From positions 1 through 53,480 of the IMG/VR virus record IMGVR_UViG_3300047557_000938: a stretch of DNA of 53,480 bases, one strand, 5' to 3'. Each line of letters opens with the position of its first letter. Position 1 is the stretch's first letter. The stretch comes from a virus. Its lineage: Duplodnaviria; Caudoviricetes. A program made the position numbers and the translations under genes. Below are positions 36,980 through 44,920 of the stretch, piece by piece. Below the pieces are notes generated by a model. The model searched no databases, had not been told where the DNA came from, and saw only the letters and a program-made list of their open reading frames with translations.

Positions 36980-37135
36980 ATGGATGCTCTCTACACGAAG
37001 CGACTCACGATCGATGTGGACGACTTCTACAACATTGTGAACGTCCTCCGCGACGCGTGCGGCTGCGAAGACTGCAAGCGCATCGCAAACGACCTACTTG
37101 ACCAAAATCGCAAGCAACTTCGAGAGGGGAACTGA
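36980..37135 (+). CDS. Hypothetical protein (51 aa, CGCEDC)
   Basis: Tightly packed between neighbours. Confidence 0.45.
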   Translation: MDALYTKRLTIDVDDFYNIVNVLRDACGCEDCKRIANDLLDQNRKQLREGN

Positions 37136-37136
37136 C

Positions 37137-37502
37137 ATGAAGATGACGAAGGAAGAGCGCAAGGCTCGCCTCGCCGACCTGAAGGCTCTCGCCGAAGCGT
37201 TCACCGCAGGCACTGACGAGATGACCCTTCGCAAGACGCACCCAACCCTGATCAACAGGTTCTCGTTCCGCAACGTCTGTCTGATTCTGGCGCAGCGTGG
37301 AGATGCCATGGAGTGCGCGGGCTTCAACGACTGGCTGAAAGTGGGCCGGAAGGTGAAGAAGGGCTCCAAGGGCATCGCCATTCTGGTGCCCATGACTCGC
37401 AAGGCTAAGGGCGAGGAAGAGGACGACCCGATCTGGTTCACCTGGCGTTACGTCTTCGATCTGTCCGACACGGAACCCGTAAACCAGGAGGCCGTGGCAT
37501 GA
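37137..37502 (+). CDS. ArdC-like N-terminal ssDNA-binding domain protein
   Basis: FSFRNVCLI..Q, GFNDW...GRKVKKGSKGI.I, VFDLSDT. Confidence 0.75.
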   Translation: MKMTKEERKARLADLKALAEAFTAGTDEMTLRKTHPTLINRFSFRNVCLILAQRGDAMECAGFNDWLKVGRKVKKGSKGIAILVPMTRKAKGEEEDDPIWFTWRYVFDLSDTEPVNQEAVA

Positions 37503-37705
37503 GGCGACCCAGCACCCGACCGTTCCACTCAACGGGAACAGGAGGCTCGTACTACATCACAGGCGGGCGCACCTGGATTCAGAGAGTCAAGGGCTACAAG
37601 TGGCGACTCGCCTCTCGCGGCGAGGGAACATCGTGGATCGTGCACGGCGAGTTCGACCGCCTGGCTGACGCGATCCAGCACTATCGAAACCAGGAGGGAG
37701 TGTGA
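37499..37705 (+). CDS. Hypothetical protein
   Basis: AGGAGG RBS, ATGA overlap. Confidence 0.5.
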   Translation: MRRPSTRPFHSTGTGGSYYITGGRTWIQRVKGYKWRLASRGEGTSWIVHGEFDRLADAIQHYRNQEGV

Positions 37706-37878
37706 GCATCTTCACCGTCAAGATCGAGACGAGCAACGCATCGTTCGACGAGCCGGGATCAGAGATTGCTCGAGTCCTGAGAGTTCTCGCCACAACGATT
37801 GAGGAGGGCGGTCTTGAGGACGCGATCACGATCTTCGACATCAACGGCAACCGTGTTGGGAAGGCCACACACAAATAG
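37702..37878 (+). CDS. Hypothetical protein (58 aa, not in ORF track)
   Basis: FTVKIETSNASF..EIARVLR...DINGNRVG; GGAGGGAG RBS. Confidence 0.6.
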   Translation: MSIFTVKIETSNASFDEPGSEIARVLRVLATTIEEGGLEDAITIFDINGNRVGKATHK

Positions 37879-37891
37879 CACCACGGGATGA

Positions 37892-37944
37892 TTGCCTAAC
37901 GGCTTCATCTTGGAGATCATGTACACACAAGAGCCCTTCGGGGC
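37892..37944 (+). promoter_or_regulatory. Island promoter P5 with UUCG hairpin
   Basis: TTGCCT-N17-GATCAT; GCCC-TTCG-GGGC. Confidence 0.55.
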
Positions 37945-37963
37945 ATGAGGGAAAGAGGGCAAG

Positions 37964-38317
37964 ATGAACACATACAAGATCAGCGTTCCAGGTCACTTCG
38001 TGAGCGACTGGAGCACTTCAAGCGAGGGCCATGCCAGCGATATTGAAAAGGGCACAAGCGACCCCATCACGGCTCAGGCATACGTCGAAGTGTTCAAGGC
38101 ACTCACGGACACGGAGCCTCGCAAGCATGGGCGCGGGACCCGATATGTGATTGAACTGTCAGAGCAAGGAGTGCGATTCCTCGCTGGCGAGGCGAAGTAC
38201 CGTTACGAGTACAACGCGCCATCGAAGAGCAACACCTATGGATGCGAGGATCCTGACCCGGTTGCTCGCTATGCCGCAAGCCGACTCATGGCTCAATGCA
38301 AGAAGGCTCTCGCGTAA
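37964..38317 (+). CDS. Hypothetical protein, paralog of 4793-5155
   Basis: Shared motifs; first gene after promoter. Confidence 0.75.
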   Translation: MNTYKISVPGHFVSDWSTSSEGHASDIEKGTSDPITAQAYVEVFKALTDTEPRKHGRGTRYVIELSEQGVRFLAGEAKYRYEYNAPSKSNTYGCEDPDPVARYAASRLMAQCKKALA

Positions 38318-38441
38318 TGATGCCTAAGACAGCCGATTCGCACGCGGTCGAGCCCCCCGAGGCACCCGACTTGTGCGACGACTGCCACTACGAACTCAGC
38401 GAGTGTTCATGCTTCTATCCACCCGAGCCGTGGGACGACTG

Positions 38442-39062
38442 ATGCATGACGACCTCTTCTCACTACCTGAACTGCCGTATGCGGGAACGAGTGGGCATTC
38501 GGGTTCAAGCACAAGCGAGAGACGTGCCCGTGAGGCAGACAAGTCAGGTCGGACAAAAGATCGACAGAAAATGACCTTGGAAGCCTTGGCGCAAGCACAA
38601 GACCTAGGGCTCACATGGAAGGAACTCGCCGATCTCACGGGTTGGCATCACGGGACAACGAGTGGGGCTCTATCCGTCTTACACATGACGGGCCGCGTGT
38701 GTCGCCTTGCAGAGACACGGAACAAGTGCAAGGTGTATGTCTTGCCCGAGTTTGTTGATCACAGGCCCACGGAGCCGCATCGTGGTAGCATGAAGGGACG
38801 GGCAAGCAACCCAAGGGAGGCTGTCATGCTGACAGAGCACCAGGCTGATGTGTTGATTCAAGGACACGACACGCTCGTAAACCAGGTGTCGCGCACCATC
38901 ACAGAACACACTCATTCGGATAATCGCGAGCGCGCCGAGCGAATCATTGAGACAGTCGCCGAGTGGCTGTCCTCATATCGGCCACCCGAGATCGCCGGAG
39001 ACTACTGCACTCCGTTGGACGTTACGGCGTTCATTCTTCGGAAGGGTGAAGTCAAGTCGTAG
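38442..39062 (+). CDS. Winged-helix DNA-binding protein
   Basis: GLTWKELADLTGWHHGTTSGALSVLH..GRV. Confidence 0.65.
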   Translation: MHDDLFSLPELPYAGTSGHSGSSTSERRAREADKSGRTKDRQKMTLEALAQAQDLGLTWKELADLTGWHHGTTSGALSVLHMTGRVCRLAETRNKCKVYVLPEFVDHRPTEPHRGSMKGRASNPREAVMLTEHQADVLIQGHDTLVNQVSRTITEHTHSDNRERAERIIETVAEWLSSYRPPEIAGDYCTPLDVTAFILRKGEVKS

Positions 39063-39185
39063 ACGACAAGATTTCACGAAGGAGGGGTGGAGTGGAAAGC
39101 AAGATCACGCGTTGCATGTGTGGAGCGTGGACGTATGAGGGAAAACCATGTAGCACTTGTGCTGCACTTCTGAGGGGAAGAGAAC

Positions 39186-39401
39186 ATGAGTTATGGCTGG
39201 AGGGTGGCAGAGCCGCCCGTTGATCCACCGAACCCGCCGACCATTGACTGCTCGGACTGTGAGGGTTCAGGAACGATAACGGAAGATGACACTCCATCTA
39301 CGGAGTGCTTGAAGTGCGACGGATCGGGTCAGGTCACTTTCGACCCATACGACGATCCTTACGCACCTGATAACTGGAAAGAGTGGGAGGGGATCGCGTG
39401 A
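39186..39401 (+). CDS. DnaJ-type zinc-finger small protein
   Basis: CSDCEGSG...CLKCDGSG. Confidence 0.65.
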   Translation: MSYGWRVAEPPVDPPNPPTIDCSDCEGSGTITEDDTPSTECLKCDGSGQVTFDPYDDPYAPDNWKEWEGIA

Positions 39402-39546
39402 TGCGTAGAACATTCATCGCCAATGGGACAGAACTCGGCATCGAAGGCAACATCTTGATCACGGTGTACGACAACGGAGCAACACTCGCAGTGAAAACTC
39501 CTGGCTGGTCCTCATGGGGTCCTCCTGTTATGGCTCAGGAGACGAC

Positions 39547-39792
39547 GTGAATGCGATGATCCAAATGGGTTCGATAGAATGGATGACTGACGCACTTTGT
39601 CCTCAGGTTTCTCAGGACTTGTTCTTCCCTGAGAAAGGAAAGAGAGTAGACGATGCAAAAAGTGTCTGTCGCGACTGCCCTGTTACAGATAAATGCCTAC
39701 AACTTGCCCTGTCTATCCCTGGTGGTGTGTATGGCATCTGGGGCGGCACAACTGAAGCCGAACGACGTCGTCTAAGACGACGCGCTGTCTGA
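39547..39792 (+). CDS. whiB: WhiB-family transcription factor
   Basis: W...ALC, DLFFP, AKSVCRDCPV..C, GIWGG, ERRRL. Confidence 0.92.
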   Translation: MNAMIQMGSIEWMTDALCPQVSQDLFFPEKGKRVDDAKSVCRDCPVTDKCLQLALSIPGGVYGIWGGTTEAERRRLRRRAV

Positions 39793-39855
39793 ACTGTATT
39801 CAGAAAGGAGTGCCTTTGGAATAACCGTGTCCTGATCCTTCGGCATTGGAGACTC

Positions 39856-40362
39856 ATGCGAATCCTGCTTATGACAATCACGACCGCTCTGACACTCCTA
39901 ACAGCAACAGCCGCGCACGCTGACGGCAACGCGGCACCACCCCCGGTCAATCCCCCGGGCATCGTGGAAGGCATTCAACACTCTGCCTACACAGGCGAGT
40001 TCTTCATATCAACACAAGAGCCCTACCGTAAATGCATCGCTCAACGCGAGGCCCGTCATCAGTATTGGGCTACAGGCTCAAACGGCATGTACTTGGGCAC
40101 CTATCAAATGACCCATGAACTAGCACACGGGGCTGTCTGGATGATGACCCCCGAACTCCGGCGAATGTTCGGAGACGAAAAAGGCAAAGAAATACGAGAC
40201 GAACTTCATCAAACCAAGCCCACCAAATGGGGCCGATTCTATTGGGATATGGCTTTCTACACAGTGCTGAACTGGGAGCATCCAAACTCTGGAAAGCATC
40301 ACTGGCATGGTGGCCGTTTCGCCTGCCCCATTGGCATGAAACATTGGGACGGAGAACGCTGA
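39856..40362 (+). CDS. Secreted lysozyme-like / Rpf-like transglycosylase
   Basis: Signal peptide ending AHA; CIAQRE...NGMYLGTYQM catalytic-like segment. Confidence 0.55.
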   Translation: MRILLMTITTALTLLTATAAHADGNAAPPPVNPPGIVEGIQHSAYTGEFFISTQEPYRKCIAQREARHQYWATGSNGMYLGTYQMTHELAHGAVWMMTPELRRMFGDEKGKEIRDELHQTKPTKWGRFYWDMAFYTVLNWEHPNSGKHHWHGGRFACPIGMKHWDGER

Positions 40363-40396
40363 ACAAGAGGGTCCACGCTGCGACTAATCTTGTGTT

Positions 40397-40630
40397 GTGG
40401 CGTGGACCCTGCTTCTTCAGTTACACCCGTACAGGTGCCCTAAATGTTCGATCCTCATTAGAACTGTGAACACGACCGACGGTAGACTTGTTGTGATAGA
40501 TGAAGAGCCAACTAAAGAAGGCAACATTATTCCGTGGCCCTCTTCATCACCAACGGGACTCGCGCAAGCGCGTTTCGTCAATGTACCCGTAAGTGATGGT
40601 CCGATGTGGAAACTTCACTCATGTCAGTAG
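40397..40630 (+). CDS. Hypothetical Cys-containing protein
   Basis: CPKC...HSC. Confidence 0.45.
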   Translation: MAWTLLLQLHPYRCPKCSILIRTVNTTDGRLVVIDEEPTKEGNIIPWPSSSPTGLAQARFVNVPVSDGPMWKLHSCQ

Positions 40631-40649
40631 CATCTTCGTCGGAGGCGAC

Positions 40650-40892
40650 ATGGAGTTCAGTCAAGAAGAAGACGATCTTGAACGGGCAATCATCGCCATG
40701 GAAAAGTTTATGGAGGGCGATGGTGTAATCCTGACCGGGTGGGTTGTCATCGCAGAGTTCATAAATCAAGACGGTGATCTTGTTTTGGCAGGGTATGCAC
40801 GAAGTCGCATGCCGTATTGGCGCATCAACGGGTTGTTAGACGCCGGACCCGAAGCCTTGGCCTACGCCGAAGAGTGGGACATAGAGGAATGA
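40650..40892 (+). CDS. Hypothetical protein
   Basis: GGAGG RBS; TGWVVIAE...PYWRINGLL. Confidence 0.6.
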   Translation: MEFSQEEDDLERAIIAMEKFMEGDGVILTGWVVIAEFINQDGDLVLAGYARSRMPYWRINGLLDAGPEALAYAEEWDIEE

Positions 40893-41086
40893 AGAACGAT
40901 CTTCTAGAACTCTTAGATGACGAGATTCATAATGTGTCCGAAATGTCCGATGAAGATCTTGGCTTGTTCTTGAAGAAGATTGAACGCTCCTACGTTCATG
41001 TGTTGATCGAACAAAGTCTTCGCGTGAACAAAGTGTCGAATGTGACTGGCGTGTCGCGGATAGGAACACGGCCCCGTAGCGTCTAG
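40889..41086 (+). CDS. Hypothetical protein
   Basis: ATGA overlap. Confidence 0.45.
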   Translation: MKNDLLELLDDEIHNVSEMSDEDLGLFLKKIERSYVHVLIEQSLRVNKVSNVTGVSRIGTRPRSV

Positions 41087-41096
41087 TCTCCGTCGT

Positions 41097-41315
41097 GTGA
41101 CCCTGCAAGACGCAGCCTGTTCAGGAGCAGACCCACGGCTCTTCGACGCCGTGTCTGGCGAGCACGTCTTCACCGCACTCTTGTATTGCGAGCGTTGCGC
41201 TGTCCGACCTGAGTGCGAGGATTACGTCAAGCCCGCCAAGAGTCACTTTGATGGAGTGGCAGGCGGGAAGGTATGGCAAAACGGAGTGCCGGTTGATCCG
41301 GCCTTATTTGATTAG
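41097..41315 (+). CDS. Divergent WhiB-like protein
   Basis: AAC...DPRLF...CERCAV..EC...GVAGG. Confidence 0.7.
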   Translation: MTLQDAACSGADPRLFDAVSGEHVFTALLYCERCAVRPECEDYVKPAKSHFDGVAGGKVWQNGVPVDPALFD

Positions 41316-41322
41316 GAGAATC

Positions 41323-41724
41323 ATGTCTACACCAATCACTTTGATCGGTAATGCGACAGCAGATGCAGAACTGGCGTTCAGTGCAAACGGGGACGCTCGA
41401 GCCTCATTCACCCTCGCAGTCAATGAGAGGCTCAAGAAGGGCGACGACTGGGTTGATGGGGAGCCCGTGTTCTATCGGATCACGGCTTGGCGCAGCATCG
41501 CCGAGGCAGTAGCGGAGCGGGTGTTGAAGGGCACACGACTCGTGGTGATCGGGAAGTTCAAGCCCCGCGAGTACGAAACAAAGCAGGGCGAGAAGCGCAT
41601 GAGCCTGGACGTTACCGCTGACACGGTTGCTCTAGTCGTGAAGCCAGCAGGCGACACGCGCCGCCAACAGCCCTCCAGAGTTGCTGAATCTGATCCGTGG
41701 AGCAACGAACCCGTACCCTTCTAA
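41323..41724 (+). CDS. ssb: Single-stranded DNA-binding protein
   Basis: ITLIGN.TAD.EL, LAVNER, KGTRLVVIG, DPW...VPF tail. Confidence 0.92.
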   Translation: MSTPITLIGNATADAELAFSANGDARASFTLAVNERLKKGDDWVDGEPVFYRITAWRSIAEAVAERVLKGTRLVVIGKFKPREYETKQGEKRMSLDVTADTVALVVKPAGDTRRQQPSRVAESDPWSNEPVPF

Positions 41725-41739
41725 CGCTAGACTTGGGGG

Positions 41740-41868
41740 GTGACTCCACTTCTCACGTTCGCCGTGTCCATACACGAGTTGTACGCGGCGTTCCGTGAGG
41801 CGGGATTCACGGACGCTCAGGCTATGTACCTGACCGCACAGAGGATGAATGCCGATGCACGCCGATAA
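41740..41868 (+). CDS. Small leaderless protein (42 aa, not in ORF track)
   Basis: TAGACT 41728-41733 six bases before GTG; HELYAAFREAGFTDAQA. Confidence 0.55.
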   Translation: MTPLLTFAVSIHELYAAFREAGFTDAQAMYLTAQRMNADARR

Positions 41869-43114
41869 CTACGACTTTACCGAACTTGGCTCTTCGGGTC
41901 TGCGCCGTTCGGGCGGCACGATCAACGAGGAGTTCCTGTCCCAACTTCAGGGAGTCAAGGGCTTCAAGGTCTATCGGGAGATGCACGATAACGATCCTGT
42001 CATCGGGGCGATGCTCTACGCGATCGACAAGGTCATTACGAGGCTTGAGTGGCATGTTGAAGGGGAAGACGAGCGCACCGCAGTATTCGTTGAAGAGTGC
42101 TTGCATGACATGAGCGACTCTTGGGACGCCACCCTGCAGAACATCTTGTCGATGCTTGTGTACGGGTGGTCGTTCCATGAGATCGTGTACAAGATTCGTG
42201 GCGGTCACAGCAACGATCCCAAGTCCAACAGCAACTACAAGGACTATCGGATTGGCTGGCGCAAGTGGCCCGTGCGAGCCCAAGAGACTCTTCAAGAGTG
42301 GATGATTGACCCTCGCGGCGGCATTCAGGGAATGGTTCAGATCGATCCGTCGGGCGGCGGCCTTCACCGTATCCCTATCGAGAAGGCACTCCTGTTCCGC
42401 ACGACCACGAACCGAAATAATCCTGAGGGCTATTCGCTCCTTCGTAACGCCTATCGTCCGTGGTTCTACAAGCGGCGCATCGAAGAGATTGAAGCGATTG
42501 GTATCGAACGTGATCTTGCAGGGCTACCCATGGCTTACGTGCCACCCGAGTACTTATCGTCCACAGCATCCAATACTCAGAAGGCCGTACTGAACTCCAT
42601 CACCGAAATCGTTCAGAACGTGAAGAGGAACGAGCAAGAAGGCATCGTGTTTCCCGCCGCCTACGACGAGCAGGGCAATCGCGTGTTCGATCTGACTCTC
42701 CTGTCGGCTAGTGGTGGAAGGCAGTTCGACACAGGCGCGGTCATTCAACGCTACGACCAGCGCATCGCTATGAGTCTTCTGTCCGACTTCTTGCTGCTCG
42801 GCTCGGATCGCGTTGGCTCGTTTGCGCTTGGAACAGCCAAAGTGGACTTGTGGACCCTTGCCGTGGACTCCATCGCCAAAAGCATCGCCGAAGTTGTGAA
42901 TCAGTTTGCGATCCCACGGCTACTCAAACTCAACGCCATGCGAATGGACAAACTGCCACGACTCACATACGGGCAGGTGAACAGCGTGGAACTCACAGAG
43001 GTCGCCGACTTCGTTTCTAAACTCGCCGCAGCAGGCATACTCATGCCCGACAGGGAACTCGAAGCCCACCTTCGGAACATGGCTGATCTGCCGGACGCTG
43101 AACCTCTCGTGTGA
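41849..43114 (+). CDS. Portal protein (Mu gp29 / DUF935-like)
   Basis: YGWSFHEIVY, NPEG.SLLR.AY..W, GSFALG; followed by MuF. Confidence 0.88.
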   Translation: MPMHADNYDFTELGSSGLRRSGGTINEEFLSQLQGVKGFKVYREMHDNDPVIGAMLYAIDKVITRLEWHVEGEDERTAVFVEECLHDMSDSWDATLQNILSMLVYGWSFHEIVYKIRGGHSNDPKSNSNYKDYRIGWRKWPVRAQETLQEWMIDPRGGIQGMVQIDPSGGGLHRIPIEKALLFRTTTNRNNPEGYSLLRNAYRPWFYKRRIEEIEAIGIERDLAGLPMAYVPPEYLSSTASNTQKAVLNSITEIVQNVKRNEQEGIVFPAAYDEQGNRVFDLTLLSASGGRQFDTGAVIQRYDQRIAMSLLSDFLLLGSDRVGSFALGTAKVDLWTLAVDSIAKSIAEVVNQFAIPRLLKLNAMRMDKLPRLTYGQVNSVELTEVADFVSKLAAAGILMPDRELEAHLRNMADLPDAEPLV

Positions 43115-44751
43115 TGTTGCACTTCAAGGCCCGCCGAAGAAACCCGACAGCGAGTCCAGAACTCACCGCATCACAGCGGCGCATCATGAAGATCATGGGC
43201 GACGCTATGCAAGAGGTGCGGGCGCAAGTGATCCGCGATGAAGCAAAGATTCTGGACACGCTCCGTCACGGCCCCGAGTCGAAGATTCCCAATCTGGTCA
43301 CGACCGACCCTTGGTACAAGGCACAAGGGCTTGTGGAGGCCGAACTGTTGAGCGAGTTGATTGACGCTGGCAAGCGAACGGGATCAACGTTCCCTAAGAT
43401 TCAGAAAGCCACACTTTCGTATCGGTTCGATGCGGAGCGACCCGACTCCGCTGCATGGGCTCAGAAAGAGGCCGGCAATCTCATACGAGAGATCAGCCAA
43501 GAGCAGCAGACGATGGTGCGAGACTACGTCTCGCGCTCACAAATGGGCGAGTTTACGGTCACGCAGGTTGCCCGCAATCTTCGAGACGTTGTCGGCCTAA
43601 CATCACAACAAAGTGGCTGGGTCGATAACTTTCGAGAACGATTCATTCAAGACCGACTGGCACAGGGCGATCCAATCGAGCAAGCAATACAACGAGCAAT
43701 AAAGCCAACGGAGCGTTACCAGGCTCGTATTCACAAATATCGAACCGAGACGATTGCGCGTACCGAGATTCTTCGTGCTTCAAATGAAGGCCGAAATCAA
43801 GCGTGGCGGCAAGGTATCGAAGAGGGATACATATCTCCAGCCGCACAGAAACAATGGCAGGCTGAGTTTGATGCATGTGAAATCTGTCTGCCTCTTGATG
43901 GGGAAAGCGTGCCAATCACAGGGGACTTCCCGGACGGTGATCCACCGTTACATCCAAACTGTCGTTGCGACGTAATCATGGTGGATGTGGACGTTACGGA
44001 ATACGAAGACATGAGTTGGGATGAAATCGATTCCGTGCTGGACGAACTGCTAGGCGAGAACACAGTGGAGCGTCCCGCGAAACAACAAAACAGTTTTGAT
44101 GACTTGATGAACAATGCTCAAGAAGTGCAAGCCCGTTCATTCAAACGATCCGAGTCAGACGGAGAACGTCTCTTGCAAGAGTTGTATGACATAGCCGATT
44201 ACAACGGGAAACCAAAACTGCTCACAAAAACACAGTTGGATGCCGAAATACAAAACGGTGCTATTGAAGTGTTTCGGGGTGTAGTTGGAGAAACAGACGC
44301 TGAAGCCAAGGGATACATACGAGATTACAAGACAGGAACCCATTACGCAGGGCGAGGTATCTACGGTAACGGCACCTACACGTCTACTTGGCGCGAGACT
44401 GCCCTTAGTTATTCAAGTGGTGATGAGTCCAATGTTATGCGTATGGCTCTAAGTAAAGATGCCAAAGTTATTACATATGAAGAAGCAAGAAAAGCAACAA
44501 GTGATGAGTTTCTAAAAGTGCATGATGCGCATATGAAGAAAGTCTCGGAAATAAATCAGCGTGGTGGGGATCGTGGAGAACTTCAGGAGGAGTTGGAACA
44601 ATACGACGCGCAACGCGCGCTTATTGACGATCCCGGCTATTGGGCTGTCATGAATGGCTACGACGCTATGACAGTCAGTCCAGGCTCACCAAACGAAAAG
44701 TATTATGTTGTTTTCAATCGAGGCAAAATGATGGTGGAAGACGAGGGCTAA
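43111..44751 (+). CDS. MuF-like minor head protein with C-terminal ADP-ribosyltransferase-like domain
   Basis: IARTE, CEIC, PPLHPNCRC; C-term FRG, G.YG.G.Y, A.SY, GYD, EKYYVVFN. Confidence 0.75.
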   Translation: MMLHFKARRRNPTASPELTASQRRIMKIMGDAMQEVRAQVIRDEAKILDTLRHGPESKIPNLVTTDPWYKAQGLVEAELLSELIDAGKRTGSTFPKIQKATLSYRFDAERPDSAAWAQKEAGNLIREISQEQQTMVRDYVSRSQMGEFTVTQVARNLRDVVGLTSQQSGWVDNFRERFIQDRLAQGDPIEQAIQRAIKPTERYQARIHKYRTETIARTEILRASNEGRNQAWRQGIEEGYISPAAQKQWQAEFDACEICLPLDGESVPITGDFPDGDPPLHPNCRCDVIMVDVDVTEYEDMSWDEIDSVLDELLGENTVERPAKQQNSFDDLMNNAQEVQARSFKRSESDGERLLQELYDIADYNGKPKLLTKTQLDAEIQNGAIEVFRGVVGETDAEAKGYIRDYKTGTHYAGRGIYGNGTYTSTWRETALSYSSGDESNVMRMALSKDAKVITYEEARKATSDEFLKVHDAHMKKVSEINQRGGDRGELQEELEQYDAQRALIDDPGYWAVMNGYDAMTVSPGSPNEKYYVVFNRGKMMVEDEG

Positions 44752-44754
44752 ATC

Positions 44755-44916
44755 ATGGTGAATCCTGAAACATCTAGGCGCCTTGCGATGGCATTCAACA
44801 GACGCCTACTGACCCCCGATGAGCGTAATCGGATCGTGATTGAGGCTGAGAAGGCTGGCTCGTGGGAGAATCTACCCGATTGGGTGAAAGACTTAGTGCT
44901 GGCTACGGAACGGTGA
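44755..44916 (+). CDS. Small protein after MuF toxin domain, candidate immunity (53 aa, not in ORF track)
   Basis: GAGGG RBS; MVNPETSRRLAMAFNRR...WENLPDWVKDLV. Confidence 0.5.
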   Translation: MVNPETSRRLAMAFNRRLLTPDERNRIVIEAEKAGSWENLPDWVKDLVLATER

Positions 44917-44920
44917 AACA

